From a virus, in the IMG/VR virus record IMGVR_UViG_3300008267_000009, positions 36,564 to 100,563 of that record: a DNA stretch of 64,000 nt; one strand, given 5' to 3'. The stretch's first letter is position 1, and every line of letters begins with the position of its first letter. A model generated the notes under the pieces. It did not search any database. It was not told where the DNA came from and saw only the letters and a list, made by a program, of their open reading frames with translations. The position numbers and the translations under genes are program-made. Positions 30,661 through 39,332 of the stretch are shown piece after piece.

Positions 30661-30835
30661 TGAGTTTCTTAATAAAGAAATTAAACAGAAAGACTATGAA
30701 CTAGAAAATCTTCCAGGTGTTAGAGCATGCAATACATGTGATGAAGATGTAAACGGTGCAGCTTGGGACCCTATAGAATTAGTAATGTCTTGGAGATGTT
30801 CTAAGGGTCATGAAACGGTTTTTAAGGTTCAATAA
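30647..30835 (+). CDS. Small Zn-ribbon protein
   Basis: CNTC...CSKGH. Confidence 0.65.
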   Translation: MPNLNEFLNKEIKQKDYELENLPGVRACNTCDEDVNGAAWDPIELVMSWRCSKGHETVFKVQ

Positions 30836-31149
30836 TGTCAGAAAGATCAGAAGTTAAAAGAGATGGCGCTAAGGCTCAAAAAAATAGTGGTCGTGGTGAT
30901 TATCAAAAAGGTGATGCAAAATGGAATCAGTTTCTTGTAGATTATAAAGAAGCAGGATCATCTTTTACTTTAAATAAAGATAACTGGGCAAAAATATGCA
31001 CAGATACATTTAAAGTTAGTAGAGACATGCATCCAGCATTAAAGATTATTATTGGGACGGAGTCTAAGGTTAGGCTCGGTATTATTGAGTGGGCAGTATT
31101 AGAAGAACTGATCCAGTTTTGGGAGGACAACAATGGCAAACAAGCGTAG
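30835..31149 (+). CDS. PD-(D/E)xK nuclease (Holliday junction resolvase-like)
   Basis: NSGRG...KGDA....LVDYKE. Confidence 0.65.
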   Translation: MSERSEVKRDGAKAQKNSGRGDYQKGDAKWNQFLVDYKEAGSSFTLNKDNWAKICTDTFKVSRDMHPALKIIIGTESKVRLGIIEWAVLEELIQFWEDNNGKQA

Positions 31150-31261
31150 GTTTAACGATACCATTATTAGAAATGGCATGATTATTAAAATTCGTAAAGA
31201 TGGAACAGTAAGATCAGTAGTTGGTCCATACGTTGTCAATCATAAAAAGGAAAAGAAATGA
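31133..31261 (+). CDS. 42-aa basic microprotein (not in track)
   Basis: MANKRRFNDTIIRNGMIIKIRKDGTVRSVVGPYVVNHKKEKK; GGAGG SD. Confidence 0.65.
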   Translation: MANKRRFNDTIIRNGMIIKIRKDGTVRSVVGPYVVNHKKEKK

Positions 31262-31413
31262 AAGAAATATTTATGACTACATTAGTTGGAACTGCAGTAG
31301 GTGCCGTATTTAGTATATTTAGATTGCCAATCCCTGCCCCTCCAGTATTTGCAGGACTAATGGGTATCGTAGGTCTTTGGATAGGCTATGGAATTGTTCA
31401 GAGGTTTATCTAA
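31258..31413 (+). CDS. XapX/DUF1427-like membrane microprotein (not in track)
   Basis: RLPIPAPPVFAGLMGIVGLWIGY, two hydrophobic helices. Confidence 0.75.
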   Translation: MKEIFMTTLVGTAVGAVFSIFRLPIPAPPVFAGLMGIVGLWIGYGIVQRFI

Positions 31414-31523
31414 TGGAAATGTTTCTGATTGCAGGAATTGCAATAGGTTTTCTAATTGGATACCCTTTAGGCTTATTTATAGATAAGTTAGATAAAAGAG
31501 AGCGAGCTAAAAATGGCAGATGA
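31413..31523 (+). CDS. 36-aa single-TM microprotein (not in track)
   Basis: MEMFLIAGIAIGFLIGYPLGLFIDKLDKRERAKNGR; coupled. Confidence 0.6.
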   Translation: MEMFLIAGIAIGFLIGYPLGLFIDKLDKRERAKNGR

Positions 31524-31848
31524 AAATACATTAGAGTTAATTAGTGCTATAACTGAATTTAATGATCTTCACGAATACATGAAAGACGATCAGCTAGATA
31601 AAGCCTTAGCTGTTGTGGTAAAACTATTAATGAATCCAGATGTTCCTTCAGCAAAGGCTCCGTACTTGATTATTGAATTGCAAGCCATGTCAACTAAATT
31701 TGCAATGATGGCATCTTATTATTCTACAATTGCTAAAGATAAAGCTGGCACTACAAACAACAACAAGAAAAATATTTATTATTCAGCAAAGGAGTCCATA
31801 GACAAACTTGTAGATGCACTTAAGTATGTCGTTAGGTACAATTCATAA
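31513..31848 (+). CDS. Hypothetical helical protein (possible recombination mediator)
   Basis: Between recA cluster and exonuclease. Confidence 0.6.
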   Translation: MADENTLELISAITEFNDLHEYMKDDQLDKALAVVVKLLMNPDVPSAKAPYLIIELQAMSTKFAMMASYYSTIAKDKAGTTNNNKKNIYYSAKESIDKLVDALKYVVRYNS

Positions 31849-32633
31849 TGGGTAGAGATATAGTAAAGAATCTTAAATTTAAAAAGCATACTGGGAAACA
31901 TTTTGATCCAGAAAGATTTGCTCAGTTGCTTGATGAGTCATATCGTAATACTAAAAGAGCAGACGGAGAAATGACAAAGAAATCATTTAGTCCAAGTTCT
32001 TTAGGGTATGGGCATGGAACATGCCCTAGATACTGGTATATGGCTTTTAGTGGGGCAATGTTTATAGATGACAACGATGCTGTTGCCGTTGCAAATATGG
32101 CTCAGGGAACACAGGCGCATGAAAGACTTCAAAAGCTAATTGCTACAATGCCAGAGTTTAGAGCCGAAGAAGAAGAAATTATAAATGAATATCCTCCAAT
32201 TCGTGGATTCATTGACTTGATTATGGAATATGACAATGAAACAGTGATTGGTGAAATTAAAACTGCTAAGCAGGAAGTGTGGGACGCAAGACAGTCAGAG
32301 ATGAAACCCACTGCCAATCACTTGTTGCAGTTATTGACATACATGAAATTAAAAAATGCAAAAGAAGGATTCTTTTTGTATGAAAATAAAAACACTCAAG
32401 AAATACTTGTAATACCAGTATCAATGAATGAAAGAAATACTAAAATAATTGAAGATACATTTTTATGGATGTGCGAAGTTTGGGATAATTTTAAAGATGG
32501 CGATCTTCCTATGAAGCCAGCAGGAGCATCTAAGTCAAAAATGCCTTGCACCTATTGCCCAGTTAAAAAGGAGTGTTATGCTGGATTAACTGGAACAGTT
32601 CAGATAGAAAGATTTGAAGTGCCATCACTATGA
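31848..32633 (+). CDS. Cas4-like PD-(D/E)xK exonuclease
   Basis: CPRYW, GFIDLI...GEIKT, QLLTY, C-terminal CTYCPVKKEC (Fe-S ligands). Confidence 0.85.
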   Translation: MGRDIVKNLKFKKHTGKHFDPERFAQLLDESYRNTKRADGEMTKKSFSPSSLGYGHGTCPRYWYMAFSGAMFIDDNDAVAVANMAQGTQAHERLQKLIATMPEFRAEEEEIINEYPPIRGFIDLIMEYDNETVIGEIKTAKQEVWDARQSEMKPTANHLLQLLTYMKLKNAKEGFFLYENKNTQEILVIPVSMNERNTKIIEDTFLWMCEVWDNFKDGDLPMKPAGASKSKMPCTYCPVKKECYAGLTGTVQIERFEVPSL

Positions 32634-32917
32634 TTTGTGCCAATAAGGAATGCTTAAATGGTAAAGAGTTTACTCCTAAAACTCATAATCAAAAATATTG
32701 TTCAGAAGAGTGTTGCAGAATTGCAACTAATAAAAGAATAATGGAAAAGTATTATGAAAAAAAAGCAATACGAAATGGAACAATTATAAGAAAGTGCAAA
32801 AAGTGTAAGGCAAAGTTAAGTATATATCACAACGAAAGTTTTTGTTCTAGTTGTGAAAAGTCTATAAATTTAGAATCTAGAAACAACCTTTTAAGGATGA
32901 TAGATGACATTAGCTAG
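32630..32917 (+). CDS. Cys-rich Zn-finger protein
   Basis: CANKEC...YCSEEC...CKKC...CSSC. Confidence 0.7.
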   Translation: MICANKECLNGKEFTPKTHNQKYCSEECCRIATNKRIMEKYYEKKAIRNGTIIRKCKKCKAKLSIYHNESFCSSCEKSINLESRNNLLRMIDDIS

Positions 32918-33470
32918 CCTTGTTAAAACAAAAGCCAATAGAGTTTTAGGTATAGATGCTTCTACAAACTCTGTAGCTTTTTGCCTTATGGAAAATGATA
33001 AGCCTTTAAAATGGGGTAAGATAAATTTAGTTGGAGCAGACATATATGAAAAGATATATAATGCAAAAGTAAATACTCATGCTATGCTAGAAGAATTAAA
33101 ATCAGATTATATTGCAATAGAGGGAGCAATACTTGTCAAATCACCAGATGCTGTGATAAAATTATCTTATGTCTATGGAGTTGTTATTGCTGAGCTTATG
33201 TCTACTGGCGCTGAGGTTATTACAATTAGCCCTTCCTCGTGGCAGGCGTTCATTGGCAATAAAAATCCAACGAAAGATGAAAAGTCTGCAATAAGATTGT
33301 CTAACCCAGGTTACGCAGAATCTTGGTATAAAACTCAGTTGCGTAATATGCGTAAGCAAAGGACTGTAGATTATTTTAATAATAAATACGGTTTATCAAT
33401 TACAGATTTTGACGTAGCAGATGCATTCGGCATTGCTCATTATGCAAATAAGGTGTTGACACAAAGATGA
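32904..33470 (+). CDS. RuvC-like Holliday junction resolvase
   Basis: VLGIDAS, IAIE, DVADAFGIA. Confidence 0.8.
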   Translation: MTLASLVKTKANRVLGIDASTNSVAFCLMENDKPLKWGKINLVGADIYEKIYNAKVNTHAMLEELKSDYIAIEGAILVKSPDAVIKLSYVYGVVIAELMSTGAEVITISPSSWQAFIGNKNPTKDEKSAIRLSNPGYAESWYKTQLRNMRKQRTVDYFNNKYGLSITDFDVADAFGIAHYANKVLTQR

Positions 33471-34321
33471 TTCCAAAGAATTTATTTCAAACATACTATT
33501 GTGATTACAAGGATTTACCTAGTTATGTAAAAAATTGTACAGAAACATGGCAGCAAAACAACCCAGATTTTAATTATATCTATATGAATGAATCTGAATG
33601 TCATAAATGGCTACTAGAAAACTATGATCCTCAATACGCAAGAGCTTACGAGTTGTTAAAGCATAAAGCACAGAAGGGAGATCTTTGGAGATATAGTGTT
33701 GTAAATAAACTTGGCGGGATATACATGGACATAGACACTGTGTGCAGAAGACCTCTTTCTGATGTAATTGATTACAATTATAATTTTATCACATCGCTAG
33801 AGCTAGAAAAAAATTCAATGTTTACTCAATGGGGTTTTGGAGGACAAGCAAATAATCCTATTCTAACTAACCTAACAAACTATATTATAGAAAATGTTGA
33901 TGGTTGGCCAGATAATCAAAATTCTTTAAAAACTGATTTAACTGGGCCAGTGTCTTTTCAAAAAGCGGTAGTTAGCGTATTGGGTAACGACGCAGACTCA
34001 ATAGTTAATTTAATGGATTCACATGATAGTAGTGTTTTAGATTTTGGTTTGACCTGGGAAGATCGAATTAAAAGTGCTACAGAAGAAATAAATAATTCTC
34101 CTGCAGCGCAAAAAGAAAAATTTGGGCTGTACACCTATAACTTTAATCAAGCTGGTAGACATTTTATGTCTTCGCAAAGGTGGACAGACAATACATTTGG
34201 CAAACCAGGAGTTGTAACTAGAATTCTTGGTAGAAATCCTAGACAAATAAATACTGATTATGCTGAGGTTAAAATATATTTAAAAAATAGACCTGGCTAT
34301 AACTCGTTTGGAGGAATGTAA
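33467..34321 (+). CDS. GT32 (OCH1-like, DXD) glycosyltransferase
   Basis: MIPKNLFQT, W...NPDF, DLWRY.V....GGIYMDID, TGP. Confidence 0.88.
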   Translation: MIPKNLFQTYYCDYKDLPSYVKNCTETWQQNNPDFNYIYMNESECHKWLLENYDPQYARAYELLKHKAQKGDLWRYSVVNKLGGIYMDIDTVCRRPLSDVIDYNYNFITSLELEKNSMFTQWGFGGQANNPILTNLTNYIIENVDGWPDNQNSLKTDLTGPVSFQKAVVSVLGNDADSIVNLMDSHDSSVLDFGLTWEDRIKSATEEINNSPAAQKEKFGLYTYNFNQAGRHFMSSQRWTDNTFGKPGVVTRILGRNPRQINTDYAEVKIYLKNRPGYNSFGGM

Positions 34322-34660
34322 ATGGCATTTGATTTAATTGGTTTAAATCCAACTGGAATAGAGGGAAGGCATTTTAGAAGAAATATTACTGCCTGGTACT
34401 ATTTTTGGGATAGTATTAGTGATCTTTATCCAGAGATAGCGTCTAAAGTTGAATACGCATATTCTAATGATGGAGATATATTAGACAAAGAGTCTTGCGA
34501 AAAGTTAGCAACATTAATGATTGATGACATAGAAAATGGAACCATTAATCATTATTGTTATCAAAACTTTACAGTAAAGAAAATTATATCTCCTTCATAC
34601 GCAGACTACTACGATTTTTATTTATTTTTAACTCAATCAGGTGGATTTAAAATATGTTAA
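34322..34660 (+). CDS. Hypothetical protein
   Basis: MAFDL.G...G.HFRRNITAW...NDG...SGGF.IC; GGAGG SD. Confidence 0.7.
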   Translation: MAFDLIGLNPTGIEGRHFRRNITAWYYFWDSISDLYPEIASKVEYAYSNDGDILDKESCEKLATLMIDDIENGTINHYCYQNFTVKKIISPSYADYYDFYLFLTQSGGFKIC

Positions 34661-34803
34661 AGCTTTATCAGAGCAAAGAGTGGTTGTATAGAAGATATGT
34701 TGTTCAAAAGAAAACCGTAACAGAAATAGGAAAAGAATGCGGTGTATCTGCTATGACTATACAAAGATACCTAGAACAGTTTGGGCTGATTAAAAAAAGA
34801 TGA
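34654..34803 (+). CDS. 49-aa HTH DNA-binding microprotein (not in track)
   Basis: KTVTEIGKECGVSAMTIQRYLEQFGL. Confidence 0.75.
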   Translation: MLKLYQSKEWLYRRYVVQKKTVTEIGKECGVSAMTIQRYLEQFGLIKKR

Positions 34804-35381
34804 CTAATCCAGAAGCTTTTGATAATATTTATATAAATAATACGTGGGGTTTTAAAAGTGGAGCAGGCTCAAACCCAGTATTTGCTAAGCCATGGATTGA
34901 TCTTGTTAATTATTTTCTTTCAAGAAAAGATGTTAAGACTGTAATTGATGTTGGTTGCGGAGACTGGAGAATAGGTAAATGTTTAAATTTAGAAGGTAAA
35001 GATTACACTGGTATAGATATAAGTTCAGTTATTTTAGAAGAAACATCATTAAATGCTAAAGAAAATATTAAATTTATACATGGAGATTTTGAAACTTTAG
35101 ACATACATGATGCGGATTTAATTTTAATTAAAGATGTATTACAACACTTGACAAACTCTTCTATATATAATATTATTAATAAAATCATGGGCAAAACAAA
35201 ATATGCTTTGATTTGTGATGATTTAGGTAGAGATAATAAGGCTAATAATAATGCAGATATTTTGCCAGGATTACACAGATTTATTGATCTATCTCAAAAA
35301 CCCTTTAACTTTAATTTTATACAATTAGAATATTTTAAGGGCAAAAACATTAGTCTATATATTAGAGATGAGGAGCGGTAA
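34800..35381 (+). CDS. Class I SAM-dependent methyltransferase
   Basis: F..IY..N.W...SG.GS; VIDVGCGD; YTGIDI; DVLQHL. Confidence 0.88.
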   Translation: MTNPEAFDNIYINNTWGFKSGAGSNPVFAKPWIDLVNYFLSRKDVKTVIDVGCGDWRIGKCLNLEGKDYTGIDISSVILEETSLNAKENIKFIHGDFETLDIHDADLILIKDVLQHLTNSSIYNIINKIMGKTKYALICDDLGRDNKANNNADILPGLHRFIDLSQKPFNFNFIQLEYFKGKNISLYIRDEER

Positions 35382-35705
35382 ATGTTAAAGCCAGTATTTG
35401 AAGATGTAAAAGATTTTAATTGTTCAGATTTATATTTAAAGTCAGTTAGTGCTCCTTCAGGCGCTAAAATCTGGGGCGCATGCCATGAAATTGCACATTT
35501 ATTAATTGAAAAGAATATATCATATGGAGACTCAGCATTAAGTCCAGCACGTATATTTTCTCAAGCGGATTCTGTAGAACAACTTAAAGTTAGAATTGAT
35601 GATAAATTAAATCGGGTTATGCACAATCAAGGGTATGCTGGGGATAATGATGTCGACGATCTGATTGGATATTTAGTTTTATATAAAATAGCTAAATCTG
35701 TTTGA
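35382..35705 (+). CDS. Nucleotide-modification-associated (Nmad1/DUF1599-like) protein
   Basis: KNISYGDS...VRIDDKLNR...DLIGYLVL. Confidence 0.65.
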   Translation: MLKPVFEDVKDFNCSDLYLKSVSAPSGAKIWGACHEIAHLLIEKNISYGDSALSPARIFSQADSVEQLKVRIDDKLNRVMHNQGYAGDNDVDDLIGYLVLYKIAKSV

Positions 35706-35730
35706 TTTTTTAGTCGACTAGAAGTATAAT
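35702..35730 (+). promoter_or_regulatory. Leaderless promoter of terminase operon with palindrome in spacer
   Basis: TTGATT-17 nt (contains TAGTCGACTA)-TATAAT, ATG 6 nt later. Confidence 0.7.
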
Positions 35731-35736
35731 GTATAT

Positions 35737-36273
35737 ATGACAGAATTAGAGCCAGCGGTACATTTTGACCGAATGAATAAAGTAGTTGAAGAGCTGCTAA
35801 AAGGAAATACTCCAACTCAAATAGCAACTGCTACTGGTTTTAAAAGAGCTGAAGTAGTTGAACTAATTGATGAATGGAAGCAAGTAGTCCATAACGATGT
35901 AAGTTTGCGTGGTAGGGCTAAGGAAGCAATTTCTGGAGCAGACCAGCATTATGCTATGCTTATTAAAGAAGCCTGGAAAACTGTAGAGGATGCAGATACT
36001 CAAGGTCAGTTAAACGTTAAAGCAGGCGCACTTAAATTAATTGCAGACATAGAGACTAAAAGAATTACAATGCTTCAGGCCGTTGGCGTTTTAGAAAGCA
36101 ATGAAATTGCATCTCAAATTGCAGAAACAGAAAGAAAGCAAGAAATTTTAGTTGGCATATTAAAAGAAGTAACCGCTGGATGCCCTAAATGCAAACTAGA
36201 TGTAGCAAAAAGATTGTCTCAAATAACTGGTATTGTTGAATCCGTAGTAGTAGAAGAGTCCGATGTCGTTTGA
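35737..36273 (+). CDS. Terminase small subunit (putative)
   Basis: N-terminal HTH (TPTQIATATG), coiled coil, directly before large subunit. Confidence 0.65.
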   Translation: MTELEPAVHFDRMNKVVEELLKGNTPTQIATATGFKRAEVVELIDEWKQVVHNDVSLRGRAKEAISGADQHYAMLIKEAWKTVEDADTQGQLNVKAGALKLIADIETKRITMLQAVGVLESNEIASQIAETERKQEILVGILKEVTAGCPKCKLDVAKRLSQITGIVESVVVEESDVV

Positions 36274-38062
36274 TTTTAACGATCTAATTGATCTACTTGA
36301 TGGCGAAGAGTTTGAAGAGAAACCAGTAGACCTTCGTGAATTTGTTACAAGCCCAAACTATTTAGGTCTTCCTCCGTTATCAGATCTTCAATATACTTTG
36401 ATTGAAAAAAGTTCACAGATATATAAAGAGTCCACACTTATAAAACTATTTGGAGAAGAAGAAGGAAAAAGAATTGCAAAACAAACTGCAACAGAAGTAG
36501 TTGCACAGTTAGGCAAGGGAAGTGGAAAAGATTACTGTTCTACTATTGCTGTTTCATATATAGTATATTTACTATTATGCTTAAAAGATCCAGCTTCTTA
36601 TTATGGGAAGCCACCAGGAGATGCAATTGATATTATTAATATTGCTATAAACTCACAACAAGCAAACAATGTTTTCTTTAAAGGATTTAAAACTAGAATC
36701 GATAAATCTCCTTGGTTTGTAGGAAAATATGAAGCTAAAGCATCTGAAATGAAATTTGATAAAGCAATTACAGTTCATTCAGGACACTCAGAGCGTGAAG
36801 CGTGGGAAGGTTACAATGTTATTGTTGTTATTCTAGACGAGATATCTGGCTTTGCTATTGAAAATACAACAGGACACGATCAAGCTAAAACTGCTGATGC
36901 TATATACGATATGTACCGTGCATCTGTGGATTCTCGTTTTCCAGATTTTGGTAAAGTAATTCTTCTATCATTTCCAAGATTTAAAAATGATCCAATTCAA
37001 AAGTTTTATGAGTCAGTTATTGGAGAAAAAGAGACAGTAATTAGAACACATAAATTTAAAATTGACGAGGACCTTCCAGATGGAACTGAAGGAAATGAGT
37101 TTGAAATTGAATGGGAAGAAGACCATATAAAATCATACCTTATTCCAAAGGTATATGCGTTAAAGAGACCCACATGGGAAGTAAATCCAACAAGAAGTAT
37201 TGAAGATTTTAAAACAGCATTTTATAAAAATACTATGGACGCTTTGGGTAGATTTGCTTGCATGCCTCCAGAAATGATTGATGCATTTTTTAAGTCAAGA
37301 GAAAAAGTAGAAAAGGCTTTTAATAATACTGGAATTGCAGTAGATAAATTTGGAAGACTAGAAGAATGGTTTAAGCCAGACCCAGACAAAAAATATTTTA
37401 TTCACGTTGACTTGGCTCAAAAGCACGACCATTGTGCAGTTGCAATGGCACATGTTGATAGATGGGTAAATGTTAAAGTTACAAATGATTACTCTCAACC
37501 AGCTCCAATAGTACATGTAGATGCAGTAAGATATTGGACTCCTACACCAGATAAGTCTGTAGACTTTACTGAAGTAAAAGACTATATTCTTTCTTTAAGG
37601 ACAAGAGGTTTTAATATCGGTGTCTGTACCTTTGACCGATGGAACTCTCACGATATGATGCAACAATTAAAGCAATATGGAATTAATACAGAAATTTTGT
37701 CAGTTGCAAAAAAACATTATGACGATATGGCTATGGTTATTTTAGAAGAAAGAATTAGTGGCCCACACATACCGTTACTTATTGATGAATTGCTTCAGCT
37801 TAAAATTATGAGAGACAAGGTAGACCACCCACGAAAGGGCTCAAAAGATTTAGCTGATGCAGTTTGTGGATCAATATTTAATTCAATTAGCAGAACAAGA
37901 CCAGACTTGAATAATGAAATAAATATTCATACATATGAATCTATGTCCATGTATGATGATTTTAGTAGAGATAAATCAGACGTTATTAGCACAAACATGA
38001 TTCGTCCGCCCAGGATGCCAGAACGTTTGTCAGATGCCTTGGAAGGGATGGAAATAGTATGA
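36263..38062 (+). CDS. terL: Terminase large subunit
   Basis: GKGSGKD Walker A, VILDE Walker B, HVDLA nuclease, FDRWNS, KDLADA. Confidence 0.9.
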   Translation: MSFDFNDLIDLLDGEEFEEKPVDLREFVTSPNYLGLPPLSDLQYTLIEKSSQIYKESTLIKLFGEEEGKRIAKQTATEVVAQLGKGSGKDYCSTIAVSYIVYLLLCLKDPASYYGKPPGDAIDIINIAINSQQANNVFFKGFKTRIDKSPWFVGKYEAKASEMKFDKAITVHSGHSEREAWEGYNVIVVILDEISGFAIENTTGHDQAKTADAIYDMYRASVDSRFPDFGKVILLSFPRFKNDPIQKFYESVIGEKETVIRTHKFKIDEDLPDGTEGNEFEIEWEEDHIKSYLIPKVYALKRPTWEVNPTRSIEDFKTAFYKNTMDALGRFACMPPEMIDAFFKSREKVEKAFNNTGIAVDKFGRLEEWFKPDPDKKYFIHVDLAQKHDHCAVAMAHVDRWVNVKVTNDYSQPAPIVHVDAVRYWTPTPDKSVDFTEVKDYILSLRTRGFNIGVCTFDRWNSHDMMQQLKQYGINTEILSVAKKHYDDMAMVILEERISGPHIPLLIDELLQLKIMRDKVDHPRKGSKDLADAVCGSIFNSISRTRPDLNNEINIHTYESMSMYDDFSRDKSDVISTNMIRPPRMPERLSDALEGMEIV

Positions 38063-38295
38063 GTACATATCAAGAAAAAGCAAAAGAGTGTAAGTGTTGT
38101 GGTAAGCACGTTCCTCTTCCTACAGTTTTAAAAGACTACAATGGAGTTACTGTATGCCCAACTACATTTTCAAACTGCATGGAATATAAAAGAATATGGA
38201 AGTCTTTAGGCCAAAGGCCGAGTGGCTCAGTTAGGAAACATTTTTCAGAGTACGTTCAAAACCTTGTTGAACAGGAAAATTTAAATGAGTCATAA
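38059..38295 (+). CDS. Small Cys-rich protein
   Basis: CKCCGKH...CPTT. Confidence 0.65.
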   Translation: MSTYQEKAKECKCCGKHVPLPTVLKDYNGVTVCPTTFSNCMEYKRIWKSLGQRPSGSVRKHFSEYVQNLVEQENLNES

Positions 38296-39241
38296 TCAAT
38301 GGTTCTTAAATCCTTTAGGAGACATTAATTTAACAGATGAAAACTATAATACACTTCTATATAACAATATAGACAGAGGAAACTTTAGTTATTTAAAAAC
38401 ATTAGGAAGATCTGGTTCGGTTCATGATTATATACGTTACAACTATAATAGTCATGGATATAGAAGTATAAAATTTGAAAAAACAAAAGATTTTTTAGCT
38501 GCAGGATGCTCACAAACATTTGGTGTTGGTGTCGATGAAGAGTTTATATGGTCAAATGTTTTATCTAAAAAACTAAATGTAGAAATGCCTAATTTATCAA
38601 TTGTTGGAGGCTCAATACCTTCCATAATCAACAACCTGTTCGCCTACTTTAAAAGTTTTGGGGAACCTAAGACCCTATTTTTATTTTTGCCAGACCCATA
38701 TAGAATGCAAATACCTACACAAAGAAAATATATAACTTCTGATCATATTAGAGAAGAAGACCCCAGAGAGCCAAATCCAAACTACTTGACCTATCTTTAT
38801 CTTCAAAGAAACAAAAGAAGAGAATTTGAAAAATATCAAAAGATGCCATTCGACTTAGAAAGCATTCTAACTCCAGACATACCTTTTCTTTATAGCATGA
38901 GAGCAATAGAAAATTTAATACAATATTGTGATAATTTTAATATAAAGTTAATGTGGTCTACTCACGACATGGGCTTTAATTCAATGATGTCTGATGTAAA
39001 ATATAAAAATTATGTAGACTCCGAAGAACATTTATGGGCTGTAGAAGGTTACTATGGTAAAGATCATTTTGGCTATGAAAAGTTTATTACGACAAAAACT
39101 GTATACAAGGGCATTCCATGTCATGAAGAACTAAGAAATTTAGACCCAAGGATATTTGAGCGTGGTAACGATGGCTCTCATTACGGGATACATCAACACT
39201 ACCATATTGCAGAAATTTTTGAAAAGGCTTTTAATGACTAA
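38285..39241 (+). CDS. SGNH/GDSL-like protein 1
   Basis: NSHGYRS, GCSQTFG, NLSIVGGS, C-terminal DGSHYG..H. Confidence 0.65.
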   Translation: MSHNQWFLNPLGDINLTDENYNTLLYNNIDRGNFSYLKTLGRSGSVHDYIRYNYNSHGYRSIKFEKTKDFLAAGCSQTFGVGVDEEFIWSNVLSKKLNVEMPNLSIVGGSIPSIINNLFAYFKSFGEPKTLFLFLPDPYRMQIPTQRKYITSDHIREEDPREPNPNYLTYLYLQRNKRREFEKYQKMPFDLESILTPDIPFLYSMRAIENLIQYCDNFNIKLMWSTHDMGFNSMMSDVKYKNYVDSEEHLWAVEGYYGKDHFGYEKFITTKTVYKGIPCHEELRNLDPRIFERGNDGSHYGIHQHYHIAEIFEKAFND

Positions 39242-39332
39242 ACAGCCCGTATATAGAATAATGTATTTTGTCCAAAGAGTTAAAGTTAAACTTTTTAAAA
39301 AAGATAAAGATCAGAGAAAGTACATATACTAA
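39234..39332 (+). CDS. 32-aa basic microprotein preceding carbamoyltransferase (not in track)
   Basis: MTKQPVYRIMYFVQRVKVKLFKKDKDQRKYIY; coupled both sides. Confidence 0.55.
   Translation: MTKQPVYRIMYFVQRVKVKLFKKDKDQRKYIY

Noticed and set aside
31848-32633. Cas4-like gene as evidence of CRISPR-Cas
   Set aside because: No other cas genes and no repeat-spacer array seen; solo Cas4-like exonucleases are standard in phage recombination modules.
22381-38062. Inteins or introns in dnaB, dnaE, recA, terL
   Set aside because: Lengths are normal, with no splice-junction or homing endonuclease motifs.
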